A DNA stretch of 39,667 nt. It comes from Candidatus Omnitrophota bacterium (GTDB lineage: Bacteria > Omnitrophota > Gorgyraeia > Duberdicusellales > 4484-171). The notes under the pieces are model-generated. The model saw only the letters and a program-made list of their open reading frames with translations. It was not told the origin of the DNA and did not search any database. The translations under genes and the position numbers were made by a program. Position 1 is the first letter of the stretch, and each line of letters opens with the position of its first letter. Below are positions 16,515 through 24,836 of the stretch, piece by piece. The DNA lies in contig JAIPHC010000003.1 of assembly GCA_021735405.1 (NCBI GenBank), forward strand, positions 1 through 39,667, given 5' to 3'.

Positions 16515-18003
16515 TTTTCTTTTTTTCCAAGGTGAAGAAAAAAGAGGTTCCTTTGCCCACTTCTGATTCAACCCAGATTTTTTCTTTATGGCTGTCGATT
16601 ATTCTTTTTACCAAAGAAAGCCCCAAGCCGCTTCCTTCAATCGCTTTCTTTTCCATGCTTTTTACCCGGTAAAATTCTTGAAATATTTTATCCAGGTCGT
16701 CTTGAGACATTCCAAATCCGGTATCAGCGATAGATATTATAGCTTTTTTGGCGTCATCTTTGCAACTAATTTTTATCTTTCCTGCCTCCGGCGTGAATTT
16801 GATAGCGTTATTAAGAATATTAATTAAAACCCTTTCAATTAAATTTTTATCCATATAAACAAAAAGCTTTTCCGGCGTATCTATTGTGATTTCTATATTT
16901 TGGGATTGACTTTGTGGTTCAAAGAAGCCTGCAACATTATTAATTAAAGGAACAATATCGCAAGGAATTATATTTATTTCTATTTTTCCCGATTCGATGC
17001 GAGAGATGTCTAAAAGAGTATTAACTATATCCATTAACTTATCAACATTTTTAACTACTTTCGCCAGCCTGTCTTTAGCTTTATCCGGCAGCTTACCAAA
17101 TTTTTCTTCGGCTAAAAGCGAAGAGAAGCCTTTAACCGAGGTAAGAGGCGTTCTTAGTTCGTGAGATACGCTGGAGATAAAATCCGATTTTGTTTTGCTG
17201 ATGGTTTCTACTTTTTGTAAACTTTTGGCGAGTTCTTTGGTCCGGGTTTTGATTTTATTTTCTAAATCTTCTTTGGTTTTATAAATTTGTTCAAAAAGGT
17301 CTATATTGCTTAAACATTTAGCTAAATACATACAGAGGATCAAAAAAGAATTTTTTGTAGTTTCTCTGATAAATTTAGAAGAAGCCAGCTCGGCTAAGAC
17401 AAAAATACTATAAATTTTATTTTCAGTTTTAATTGGGCAAATAAGTATATTTTTTGTGTTTAATTTGGATGAAAGGGTTTTGCATATTTCGGATTCAGGA
17501 GTTATTATATTTTTTTCTTTAAGGTAATTTTTATTTTTGAAAACAATATCGGAAACAGCTTTAACCTCTTCGGGCTTAAAACCGGTTTGGTATATTTGTT
17601 CTAAATCGGGAGAGCTTATAAGCAGACCTTTTTTAAAGCCAAATTTTTGGATGAGGTTGTTGTCTATTTTAAAAAAAAGCTCTTCGGCGCTAAGTAGATG
17701 GAGGCTGGAGGATATAAATTTTCTTAAAAGATTAAGTTTGTTAGCGCGGTCTTCTATTTCTTGCTGGTATATTTTAACATCCATATCGCTTTTTAAAATT
17801 ATTTTTGCCTGTTGGTCTAATCTTTCTAAAGAGCCATTTAGGTTAGAAATGGTTTCTTTTAGGTGGGAGATAATTTTTAGTTTTTTAACAATATAGAGGA
17901 AAATGATAATTATAGATAAAGTGAAAAATAAAGCGGTATTTAAAACAGTATCGACAGAAACATTTATGATTTCAGATATTAAGAAAAAGTTAATCCCAAA
18001 CAT
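16507..18003 (-). CDS. Sensor histidine kinase (N-terminal TM, GAF-like region, HisKA, HATPase)
   Basis: SHELRTPLTS, NILNNAIKFT, DTGFGM, GSGLGLSLV. Confidence 0.92.
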   Translation of the reverse strand: MFGINFFLISEIINVSVDTVLNTALFFTLSIIIIFLYIVKKLKIISHLKETISNLNGSLERLDQQAKIILKSDMDVKIYQQEIEDRANKLNLLRKFISSSLHLLSAEELFFKIDNNLIQKFGFKKGLLISSPDLEQIYQTGFKPEEVKAVSDIVFKNKNYLKEKNIITPESEICKTLSSKLNTKNILICPIKTENKIYSIFVLAELASSKFIRETTKNSFLILCMYLAKCLSNIDLFEQIYKTKEDLENKIKTRTKELAKSLQKVETISKTKSDFISSVSHELRTPLTSVKGFSSLLAEEKFGKLPDKAKDRLAKVVKNVDKLMDIVNTLLDISRIESGKIEINIIPCDIVPLINNVAGFFEPQSQSQNIEITIDTPEKLFVYMDKNLIERVLINILNNAIKFTPEAGKIKISCKDDAKKAIISIADTGFGMSQDDLDKIFQEFYRVKSMEKKAIEGSGLGLSLVKRIIDSHKEKIWVESEVGKGTSFFFTLEKKKNE

Positions 18004-19117
18004 TTAATAACAACCCCCCGCTTTCTATATTGATATCTTGAGTCTCTGGGTCAGGGAAAAGATAATAATCGGAACAAATGCCAAATATTTCTTTTTTGGG
18101 AAAAATGGCCTCTTTTATATTTTCAATTTCTTTTACCGAATTCTGGCCCAAAATTTTTTTCCTGTTTAAGGAGTTAATTATAAAAACAGGGCCTTCTTCC
18201 GTATTTTTTTCTTTTCCCAGCCTGGCAATAAGGTGTTCTTTGGAATAGTGTTGCCTGAGAGTCGTTAAATTGCCCCTGGTTTTATTTCTTAAATTTCCTC
18301 TGAATAAAAAAGATCCATCTTCTAATATATCAACTATAGTTAGTAATCGGAAAGAATTTTTGCTTGATATCCCTAAGGGATAATAGGGGAAAAGGTGATT
18401 TTCGATAAAGCTGTTAAATTTCTCTTCAAAGTAATGCTTATAAATTTCTACAGCAGGTTTATTATTTATTTCATAAATTATTTGTTGCTTTGGATTGATT
18501 CGGGTTATGGTGAACGGTTTGCCGAAAACAACAAAATTTTGCAGGCGGAAAGTACTGGTAGCAATACCATCGAAAGTTAAGTTAACCAGCCCATTGCCCA
18601 CTCCTTTTTTGATGATAAAATCTTCCCGGGGCGAATACTTATGATGGTGGCCTGTTCCGGAAAAATTAATTAGTTTTCCGAGAGAAAAATTTAATCCTTC
18701 CAAAAAAGATAAAGAATTTACCTGAGGCGAGAGAAAGGATATAAGTTTTATGTCTTTTCTCTTAATTTTTTTAAAATATTTTTTTAAAATATATTCGATT
18801 TTTTCCGAATCTTGAGATCCGATAAATAAACTATTAATGTTTGTTTTTTCTTTGCAAATACAGCAGCCTATAATACCTTTTTCAATAAACGCGCCTTTAT
18901 AGATCAAAGAAGGGGCTTGGACTCCCAGTAAATTGGGGTTGTTTAAGGTGAGGTTAAAGATTCTCGACAATTCTTTAGGGTTGTAGTCGGGAGTAAAAAG
19001 GATAAAGATAAAAAAAGGCTTATTTCTAAATTTGGCTTTTATTTCTAAGGAAATTTGTTTTGCTGCTTCGCTTGCGTTTTTTTGGCTTAAATGGAGGGAG
19101 TATTGATTGTTTTTCAT
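17990..19117 (-). CDS. FIST-domain (NosP-like) sensory protein, divergent
   Basis: FIST_C-like GKPFTIT...IYEINNKPAVEIYKHYF...YPLG...EDGSFLFRG; overlaps the kinase start. Confidence 0.75.
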   Translation of the reverse strand: MKNNQYSLHLSQKNASEAAKQISLEIKAKFRNKPFFIFILFTPDYNPKELSRIFNLTLNNPNLLGVQAPSLIYKGAFIEKGIIGCCICKEKTNINSLFIGSQDSEKIEYILKKYFKKIKRKDIKLISFLSPQVNSLSFLEGLNFSLGKLINFSGTGHHHKYSPREDFIIKKGVGNGLVNLTFDGIATSTFRLQNFVVFGKPFTITRINPKQQIIYEINNKPAVEIYKHYFEEKFNSFIENHLFPYYPLGISSKNSFRLLTIVDILEDGSFLFRGNLRNKTRGNLTTLRQHYSKEHLIARLGKEKNTEEGPVFIINSLNRKKILGQNSVKEIENIKEAIFPKKEIFGICSDYYLFPDPETQDINIESGGLLLNVWD

Positions 19118-19234
19118 AGATATTTTTTGCTTACCTGAATTTTATTTTGCTTAGATTTTAATAAACGGCAAAATATTCCACAGGATAAAGCTTATCATAA
19201 AGAAAAAAGGAAATCAATGCGTTAATCTATTAGA

Positions 19235-19263
19235 TTGACAAGCCAGATAAACTGTTTTATCAT
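19235..19263 (+). promoter_or_regulatory. Sigma70 promoter for the pilM operon
   Basis: TTGACA-17 bp-TATCAT. A back-to-back minus-strand candidate TTGATT-17-TAAGCT lies at 19217-19189. Confidence 0.65.
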
Positions 19264-19321
19264 ATTTGTATACCCAAATCTATCCCGTAAAAAAGGTTTA
19301 ACGCCAAAAAAGTAGCTAAAA

Positions 19322-20341
19322 ATGCTTCAAAAGACACAAAATAAAATTATTAAGTTTGTTAAAAAAAATTTGGTTAAAAAAAACAGCGAAACTTTTACCG
19401 CAGTTAATCTCGGCAATTATTTTACCAAGGGAATCGTAGTTAAAAAAGGCCAAATCGTTGATTATTTTATTGAAACCACAAAAGATTTTTCTGAAATTAT
19501 TGAAAAACTAAAGGTAGACAGAAAGACTTTTCCGAAAAAAATCAGAGCTTCCCTTAAAAGCCCAGCTTGTTTAGTGCGTTATTTTCCCTTTCCTAAAACA
19601 GACAGGAAAAAACTAAAGCAAGCTTTATACTATCAGCTGAATAAATTTATTCCTTATCCTCCCAAGGAAGTGTATTTTGATTATACAGTTTTAAAAGAAA
19701 TTGATTCTTCTCAGAATTATATATTATTAGCGGTAGCTAAAAAGGATTATATTGATTCAATTTTAGATTCTTTTAAGAAAAAAGGTATTTTAATTTCCGA
19801 AATTACTTTAGACAGTATTTCTCTGATTAATCTTTTTTTAGATAGATATCCGGAAAGTAAAAATCTAAATTGCTGTATTTTGGATATAGGGCATGGTTTT
19901 TCAACTATGAATATTTTGGAAAAAGGGGTTCCGTTTTTTAGCCGGGAAGCGAAATTTAGCGCAAAAGATATCGTAGAAATTATAACTCGAATAAAGAATT
20001 TATCGCAAAAAGAAGCGGGCAAGGTTTTGTTCGGCCTGGAGAAAAAAGATAGTTTATTTGCCCTTTTAGAAGAAAATATTTCAGATTGGTGTAAAGAAAT
20101 CAAGAATTCTTTTGATTTTTTTGAATTAAATAAAGGCAAAAATTTAGATAAATTATATTTAACCGGAGGTTTAGCTGCAATACCCGGTATTGCCGATATT
20201 TTTTCTGAAAATTTAGAAATGGATACAGAAATATTGCAGCCGGATAAAGCCGGCAGTTTAAATTTCAGTGATGATTTTCCCAGAAAAGAATATCAAGGCT
20301 ATAAGCATAATTTAGCAGTAAGTTCCGGCCTGGCTCTATAG
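19322..20341 (+). CDS. pilM: Type IV pilus assembly protein PilM-like
   Basis: Actin-like fold motifs IPYPPKEVYFDY, LLAVAKK, ILDIGHG, LYLTGGLA, AVSSGLAL. Confidence 0.85.
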   Translation: MLQKTQNKIIKFVKKNLVKKNSETFTAVNLGNYFTKGIVVKKGQIVDYFIETTKDFSEIIEKLKVDRKTFPKKIRASLKSPACLVRYFPFPKTDRKKLKQALYYQLNKFIPYPPKEVYFDYTVLKEIDSSQNYILLAVAKKDYIDSILDSFKKKGILISEITLDSISLINLFLDRYPESKNLNCCILDIGHGFSTMNILEKGVPFFSREAKFSAKDIVEIITRIKNLSQKEAGKVLFGLEKKDSLFALLEENISDWCKEIKNSFDFFELNKGKNLDKLYLTGGLAAIPGIADIFSENLEMDTEILQPDKAGSLNFSDDFPRKEYQGYKHNLAVSSGLAL

Positions 20342-20345
20342 AAAA

Positions 20346-20915
20346 ATGAAAAAAATCGCAATAAATTTAAATCCTAAAAAACCAGATACTTTCAACCAAG
20401 GGCTGGAAAAAATTTTAGATTATACTCCTTTATTAGCGTTTTTGGTTATATTTTTTGCTTTGATAGCCGGCAGCGTAGGGGCATTTTCTTTAGTAAAGGC
20501 AAAAAAATACAATGGTTATCAAAATATATGGAAAAAGTGGGAGCCCAAAAACAACAAACTAACCAAGATTAAAGCTAACTTATCCGGTTTAAAAAAGGAG
20601 TCTCGCAAAGTAGAAAAAGCAATAACTCCTGCTTATACAGGCGTAAATTTATTAAATAGTTTTTTTTCTGCTTTACCGAAAAATATTTGGCTTAAAAACC
20701 TGCATTTTACCCAGAAGATGATTAATGTTGAAGGTTATATCGTAGAATGGGACAAAGACTCCTTGGCTTCTTTAGAAAATTTTATCGAAAGCTTAAAGGC
20801 TAATGAAAATTTTTTGCAGGAATTTAAAAGAATAGATATTAAGGATACCAAAAAAACAGATTTTAATGGGGTGGAAGTCACCCAATTTATTATAGAATGC
20901 AAAAAATTAAAATAG
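20346..20915 (+). CDS. pilN: PilN-like protein
   Basis: INLNP N-terminus, single TM, coiled coil, LPKNIWL; position after pilM. Confidence 0.75.
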   Translation: MKKIAINLNPKKPDTFNQGLEKILDYTPLLAFLVIFFALIAGSVGAFSLVKAKKYNGYQNIWKKWEPKNNKLTKIKANLSGLKKESRKVEKAITPAYTGVNLLNSFFSALPKNIWLKNLHFTQKMINVEGYIVEWDKDSLASLENFIESLKANENFLQEFKRIDIKDTKKTDFNGVEVTQFIIECKKLK

Positions 20916-21424
20916 ATAAGCAATTTATTGTTTTCATTGGTTTAGCCGTGGTGTTAGCAGCGGAACTGTTTATTTTTTTACCCTGGGGAATCGGCAGTAT
21001 TTCGAAAACAGGCAGGGCTGTCAAAAGGTTAAAGCAGAAAATCGAGACAACTAAAACCGAATGGCCTAAAAGGAAAGATTATTTAGCTAAGATAGATGAT
21101 TTAAAAAAAGAAATAGACAAAAATAAAAACAAAATAATAGCTTCCGGGCATGAATCCAAGTTAATTTCATTTATCTCAAAAAACAGCCAAAAGTATAACA
21201 TAAGAATTAAAGCAATTACACCTTTAGATTCCTATCCCGCGGAAGATAAAAAGTTTAACTATATTCCTTTTAGAATCGAAGCCGAAGGCGGCTTTCATGA
21301 CTTAGGTAATTTTTTAGCTTTTTTACAAAAAGATAATTATTTTTTTGAATTAAAAGAGCTAACCCTGGCCGGTTACAGGCCGAATAAAATCAATATTTTA
21401 TTATGTGGCCTAGAAGAAAAATAA
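20897..21424 (+). CDS. pilO: PilO/GspM-like protein
   Basis: N-terminal TM, coiled coil, IPFRIEAEGGFHDLGNFL. Confidence 0.75.
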   Translation: MQKIKIDKQFIVFIGLAVVLAAELFIFLPWGIGSISKTGRAVKRLKQKIETTKTEWPKRKDYLAKIDDLKKEIDKNKNKIIASGHESKLISFISKNSQKYNIRIKAITPLDSYPAEDKKFNYIPFRIEAEGGFHDLGNFLAFLQKDNYFFELKELTLAGYRPNKINILLCGLEEK

Positions 21425-21765
21425 TAAAGAGAAGTCTTTATTGCGCTGTTTTTTGTTTATTAAGCTCTTTATCTTTCGCCGATGATAAAGGGTATTTTTA
21501 TTCAAATAAAGAAAGAAACCCTTTTTATCCTTTAGTTGATTCTTACGGGAAAATTTTGATTCCTAAAAAAATCAATATTGCTAATATTTCTTTAGAAGGG
21601 ATAATTTATTCTAAAAAAAATCCGGTGGTAGCAATAAACGGAGAGATTTTAGAAGAAGGAGAACGTATCGGAGAATATACAATTGTAAAAATTGAAGAAA
21701 AAAAAGTCATTTTAAAAAAAGGCAATAAAAAATATAGTTTAAAGTTGGAGGTCGAAAATGATTAG
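21403..21765 (+). CDS. PilP/GspC/GspB-like small periplasmic protein
   Basis: RNPF motif then LEGIIYS...VAINGEILEEGERIGEYTIVKIEEKKVIL; position between pilO and the secretin. Confidence 0.6.
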   Translation: MWPRRKIIKRSLYCAVFCLLSSLSFADDKGYFYSNKERNPFYPLVDSYGKILIPKKINIANISLEGIIYSKKNPVVAINGEILEEGERIGEYTIVKIEEKKVILKKGNKKYSLKLEVEND

Positions 21766-23290
21766 GGGCTTAGGCAAGCTTGTAAAGTTATTTTTAATTT
21801 TTGGATTTTTTATGTTTTTTAGTTTTTCCTTAAGCCAGCCCGGGTTAGGCAAAATTTATGCCCAAAATTTTACCGAAAAACTTTCCCAAGGGCAGATAGA
21901 AGCTCTCAGGTTTAAGGATGCTAATATTAAAACCGTTATTCGTTCAATCGCTCAAAAGGCTTACCGGGATGGGGATAAGGTAAATATCGTTGCAAGCCCC
22001 GCTATTGAGGGAACCGTTACGGTAGATTTAGCCGATATCGATTGGCTTAACGCCCTGGAGGTGGTAATCAGGCCTTATGGTTATAGTTATGAGTGGATAG
22101 GGGAAAACACCATTGTTGTTGATACTACCGAAAAAATTACCGAGCGGGAAAAAAGAGATCAGGCTCGGCAGGAAGTTGAACGGCCTCAAACAGAAGTTTT
22201 TAATTTAAAATACATTGATGCCAATGACGCAAAGAAAGCTGTTGAGCCTTTGCTTTCACCGGTAGGCAGAGCTACGGTTTTAGAGATGACCGGCCAAGCC
22301 GGCTGGAAATTCGGCACAGATGTAACTAAAAGAGAAAGAACCGGTGAAAAAAGAGTGGCTAAAACAAAAGTTTTATTGATATCAGATGTTGCTAAGAGAT
22401 TGGCTGAGATAGAAGGTTTATTGAATTTAATAGATAAAAAACCAAAACAGGTTTTAATTAAAGCTCGAGTTATGGAAGTTAGTGAGGATTTGTTAGATGA
22501 TTTTGGTTTTCAATGGTTTACCGGAACCGACCCAGGCACAGAAATAGATATCGGTTCAGGTAAAGGGACAGGGTCTATAAAGCCTTTTGAACAGACCCCA
22601 TCTGTGTTTAATCCCGCCACAACGGCTCTTACACCTTCTTCTGGCCTGGAATTTGCTTTCAAAAAAATTACCGGCACTAATTTAGAGGCAGTCTTAAAAG
22701 CTGTAAAAGATGACGCCTATACTAATACTCTTTCAGCTCCGACAATTATGACTTTAGATAATCAGGAAGCATCAATTTTAGTGGGAGAAAAATATCCCAT
22801 CGTTAGCACAGAAGTCAGCACAGAGACTAATACCGTAACCGGAGGAGCCCTGGATTATTATCAAGATATAGGTATCCAGCTCAATGTTGTGCCCCAAATT
22901 TCAGGAGAGAACAAAGATTTCATAAATATGATTATTCATCCAGCTGTTACTTCATTAGGCGGAGAAGTAACTATTTCTTCAGCAGATGCTGATCTTGTTT
23001 CATACCCGAGGATAAATACCCGTGAAGCTGAAACACAGGTTTTAATGAAAGACGGTGAAACCATAGTTATTGGCGGATTGCTTAAAGATGTAAAATCAAA
23101 AGAAGAAATCGGGGTTCCTTTTTTAAGTAAGATACCAATTTTGGGCTGGTTTTTTAAGCGGCAAACAAAAGATACAGAAAAGATAGATTTATTGATATTT
23201 ATCACCGCTCATGTTATTGAGCCGGGTAAAATCAATTCTATAGAGTTGATTGAGTCTAGGAATGTTACCGACAAATTTAAAAAAGAATAA
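21758..23290 (+). CDS. pilQ: Secretin (PilQ/GspD family)
   Basis: QVLIKARVMEV, LSAPTIMTLDNQEASILVG, GIQLNVVPQI, DGETIVIGGL, VPFLSKIPILGWFFK, LLIFITAHVI. Confidence 0.9.
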   Translation: MIRGLGKLVKLFLIFGFFMFFSFSLSQPGLGKIYAQNFTEKLSQGQIEALRFKDANIKTVIRSIAQKAYRDGDKVNIVASPAIEGTVTVDLADIDWLNALEVVIRPYGYSYEWIGENTIVVDTTEKITEREKRDQARQEVERPQTEVFNLKYIDANDAKKAVEPLLSPVGRATVLEMTGQAGWKFGTDVTKRERTGEKRVAKTKVLLISDVAKRLAEIEGLLNLIDKKPKQVLIKARVMEVSEDLLDDFGFQWFTGTDPGTEIDIGSGKGTGSIKPFEQTPSVFNPATTALTPSSGLEFAFKKITGTNLEAVLKAVKDDAYTNTLSAPTIMTLDNQEASILVGEKYPIVSTEVSTETNTVTGGALDYYQDIGIQLNVVPQISGENKDFINMIIHPAVTSLGGEVTISSADADLVSYPRINTREAETQVLMKDGETIVIGGLLKDVKSKEEIGVPFLSKIPILGWFFKRQTKDTEKIDLLIFITAHVIEPGKINSIELIESRNVTDKFKKE

Positions 23291-23308
23291 AAGAAAAAAT
23301 AATTATTC

Positions 23309-24115
23309 ATGAATAACTATCTGGCTGCTTACGGCCTCAAAACGATTCCTTTTAATATCACCTCCGATCCTGATTTTTTCTATCGAAGTTCAACTCATAA
23401 GGAAGTCTTATCTACTCTTATTTTTGGACTGCGGCAGAAAAAAGGTTTAATGGCAGTGATTGGTGAAGTGGGAACCGGGAAAACCACTCTTTGTAAAGTT
23501 TTTCTTAATCATTTACCTAAAGAAGTCAAAACCTCGGTGATTTTTAGTTCGCCTCAATTCAGCCAAACCCAACTGCTTAAAAATATCCTGGATGATTTTG
23601 GCCTTAAGCGGGAAAGGAAAAATCGTTTTGATTTAATAAAAAACCTGAATTCGTTTTTAATTGACACTTCTTTAAGCGGCGGCAACGCTTTATTGGTTAT
23701 CGATGAAGCGCAAAACTTAACTCCTAAACAGCTTGAACAAATACGGCTTTTATCTAATCTGGAAACTTCCCGCGAGAAATTATTACAGATTTTATTGGTT
23801 GGACAGCCAGAGTTGGAAGATAAACTAAACAATTTTAAGCTCAGGCAGATAAAACAAAGGATAGGCATAAAATGCAGGCTTTTGCCTTTACGAGAGGATG
23901 AAATAAAACAATATATTCAATACCGTATCGATAAAGCCGGGGTTTCTATTCTATCGATTGAACCAGAATGTTATAAAATTATTTATCAATTTTCTCAAGG
24001 AATACCAAGGCTGATAAATTTACTTTGTGAAAGAGTTTTACTTTTAGGTTTTGTCCAAGAAAAAAATCAAATTAATCCTTCGATGTTAAAGGTGTGCATC
24101 GAAGAACTGCAATGA
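23309..24115 (+). CDS. ExeA/GspA-family AAA ATPase
   Basis: PFNITSDPDFFY, Walker A GEVGTGKTT, Walker B IDEAQNL, LVGQPEL, GIPRLINLLC. Confidence 0.9.
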   Translation: MNNYLAAYGLKTIPFNITSDPDFFYRSSTHKEVLSTLIFGLRQKKGLMAVIGEVGTGKTTLCKVFLNHLPKEVKTSVIFSSPQFSQTQLLKNILDDFGLKRERKNRFDLIKNLNSFLIDTSLSGGNALLVIDEAQNLTPKQLEQIRLLSNLETSREKLLQILLVGQPELEDKLNNFKLRQIKQRIGIKCRLLPLREDEIKQYIQYRIDKAGVSILSIEPECYKIIYQFSQGIPRLINLLCERVLLLGFVQEKNQINPSMLKVCIEELQ

Positions 24116-24609
24116 GTATAATCTATGAAGCTTTAAAGAAAGCTGAAGGCAATTCTCCTGATTCTTTATCCGGCCAGGATAATCATCAAAGAAAATTCAA
24201 TCCTAAAAAAAATATCTTAATTATTTTAATTGTTGTATTCTCTGCGGCAGTTTTTATCCTATCTTATAATTTCTCTAAATTAAAACAAATTATTTTTTCT
24301 AGATTAGAGCCAGAGCAAAGCAGAACAACCGCTTCTCTAAAACAAGAAACTGAGCAGGCAAGGGAAGGCAGTCTATATAATGGTTTGAAAACAACAGCCG
24401 GAAAATCAGATTCAAAACAATCAGGATTTAGCCCCAGATTGGAAGGGATAATTTTTGATGAGAATGAACCCTTTGCGATTATCAATGGGAGGCGAGTTTA
24501 TCAAGGTGATGAAATAGGCGGTTTTATTGTGTCAAAAATAAAAACAGACAAGGTAGAGCTTCTTGACCCAGAAAGCGGGGAAACCAAAACTATTACAATT
24601 GATTTTTGA
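24112..24609 (+). CDS. GspB/ExeB-like protein
   Basis: MSIIYEALKKAE N-terminus (ATGA overlap with the ATPase stop), TM, C-terminal LEGIIFD...AIINGRRVYQGDEI. Confidence 0.7.
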   Translation: MSIIYEALKKAEGNSPDSLSGQDNHQRKFNPKKNILIILIVVFSAAVFILSYNFSKLKQIIFSRLEPEQSRTTASLKQETEQAREGSLYNGLKTTAGKSDSKQSGFSPRLEGIIFDENEPFAIINGRRVYQGDEIGGFIVSKIKTDKVELLDPESGETKTITIDF

Positions 24610-24645
24610 ATTAGTGCGATATTATTATAGCTGTGGAAAAAATTT

Positions 24646-24813
24646 AATGTCATTGCGAGCGCAATGAGCACCTGCCTGCTGGCAGATAGGAAGCGACGAA
24701 GTAATCTCTCTATAGCGTCATCCTGAGCCCCCTTCGACTTCGCTCAGGGCAGGCTCCGGGCGAAGGATCTCATTCATCATAGAGATTCTTCGGTTTCGCC
24801 TCAGAATGACATT
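24646..24813. repeat. Composite nested palindromic repeat between convergent genes
   Basis: Outer aatgtcatt/aatgacatt; contains gtcattgcgag..gaagtaatct, cctgcctgctggcagatagg, gtcatcctgag..gaaggatct / agattcttc..ctcagaatgac and cccttcgacttcgctcagggcagg. Confidence 0.85.
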
Positions 24814-24836
24814 GAGGTTATTTCGGGCTTTGCCTT

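Noticed and set aside
16515-16571. Longer start of the REC-GGDEF gene
   Set aside because: It lies within the kinase C-terminus; the REC domain starts right after ATG 16514.
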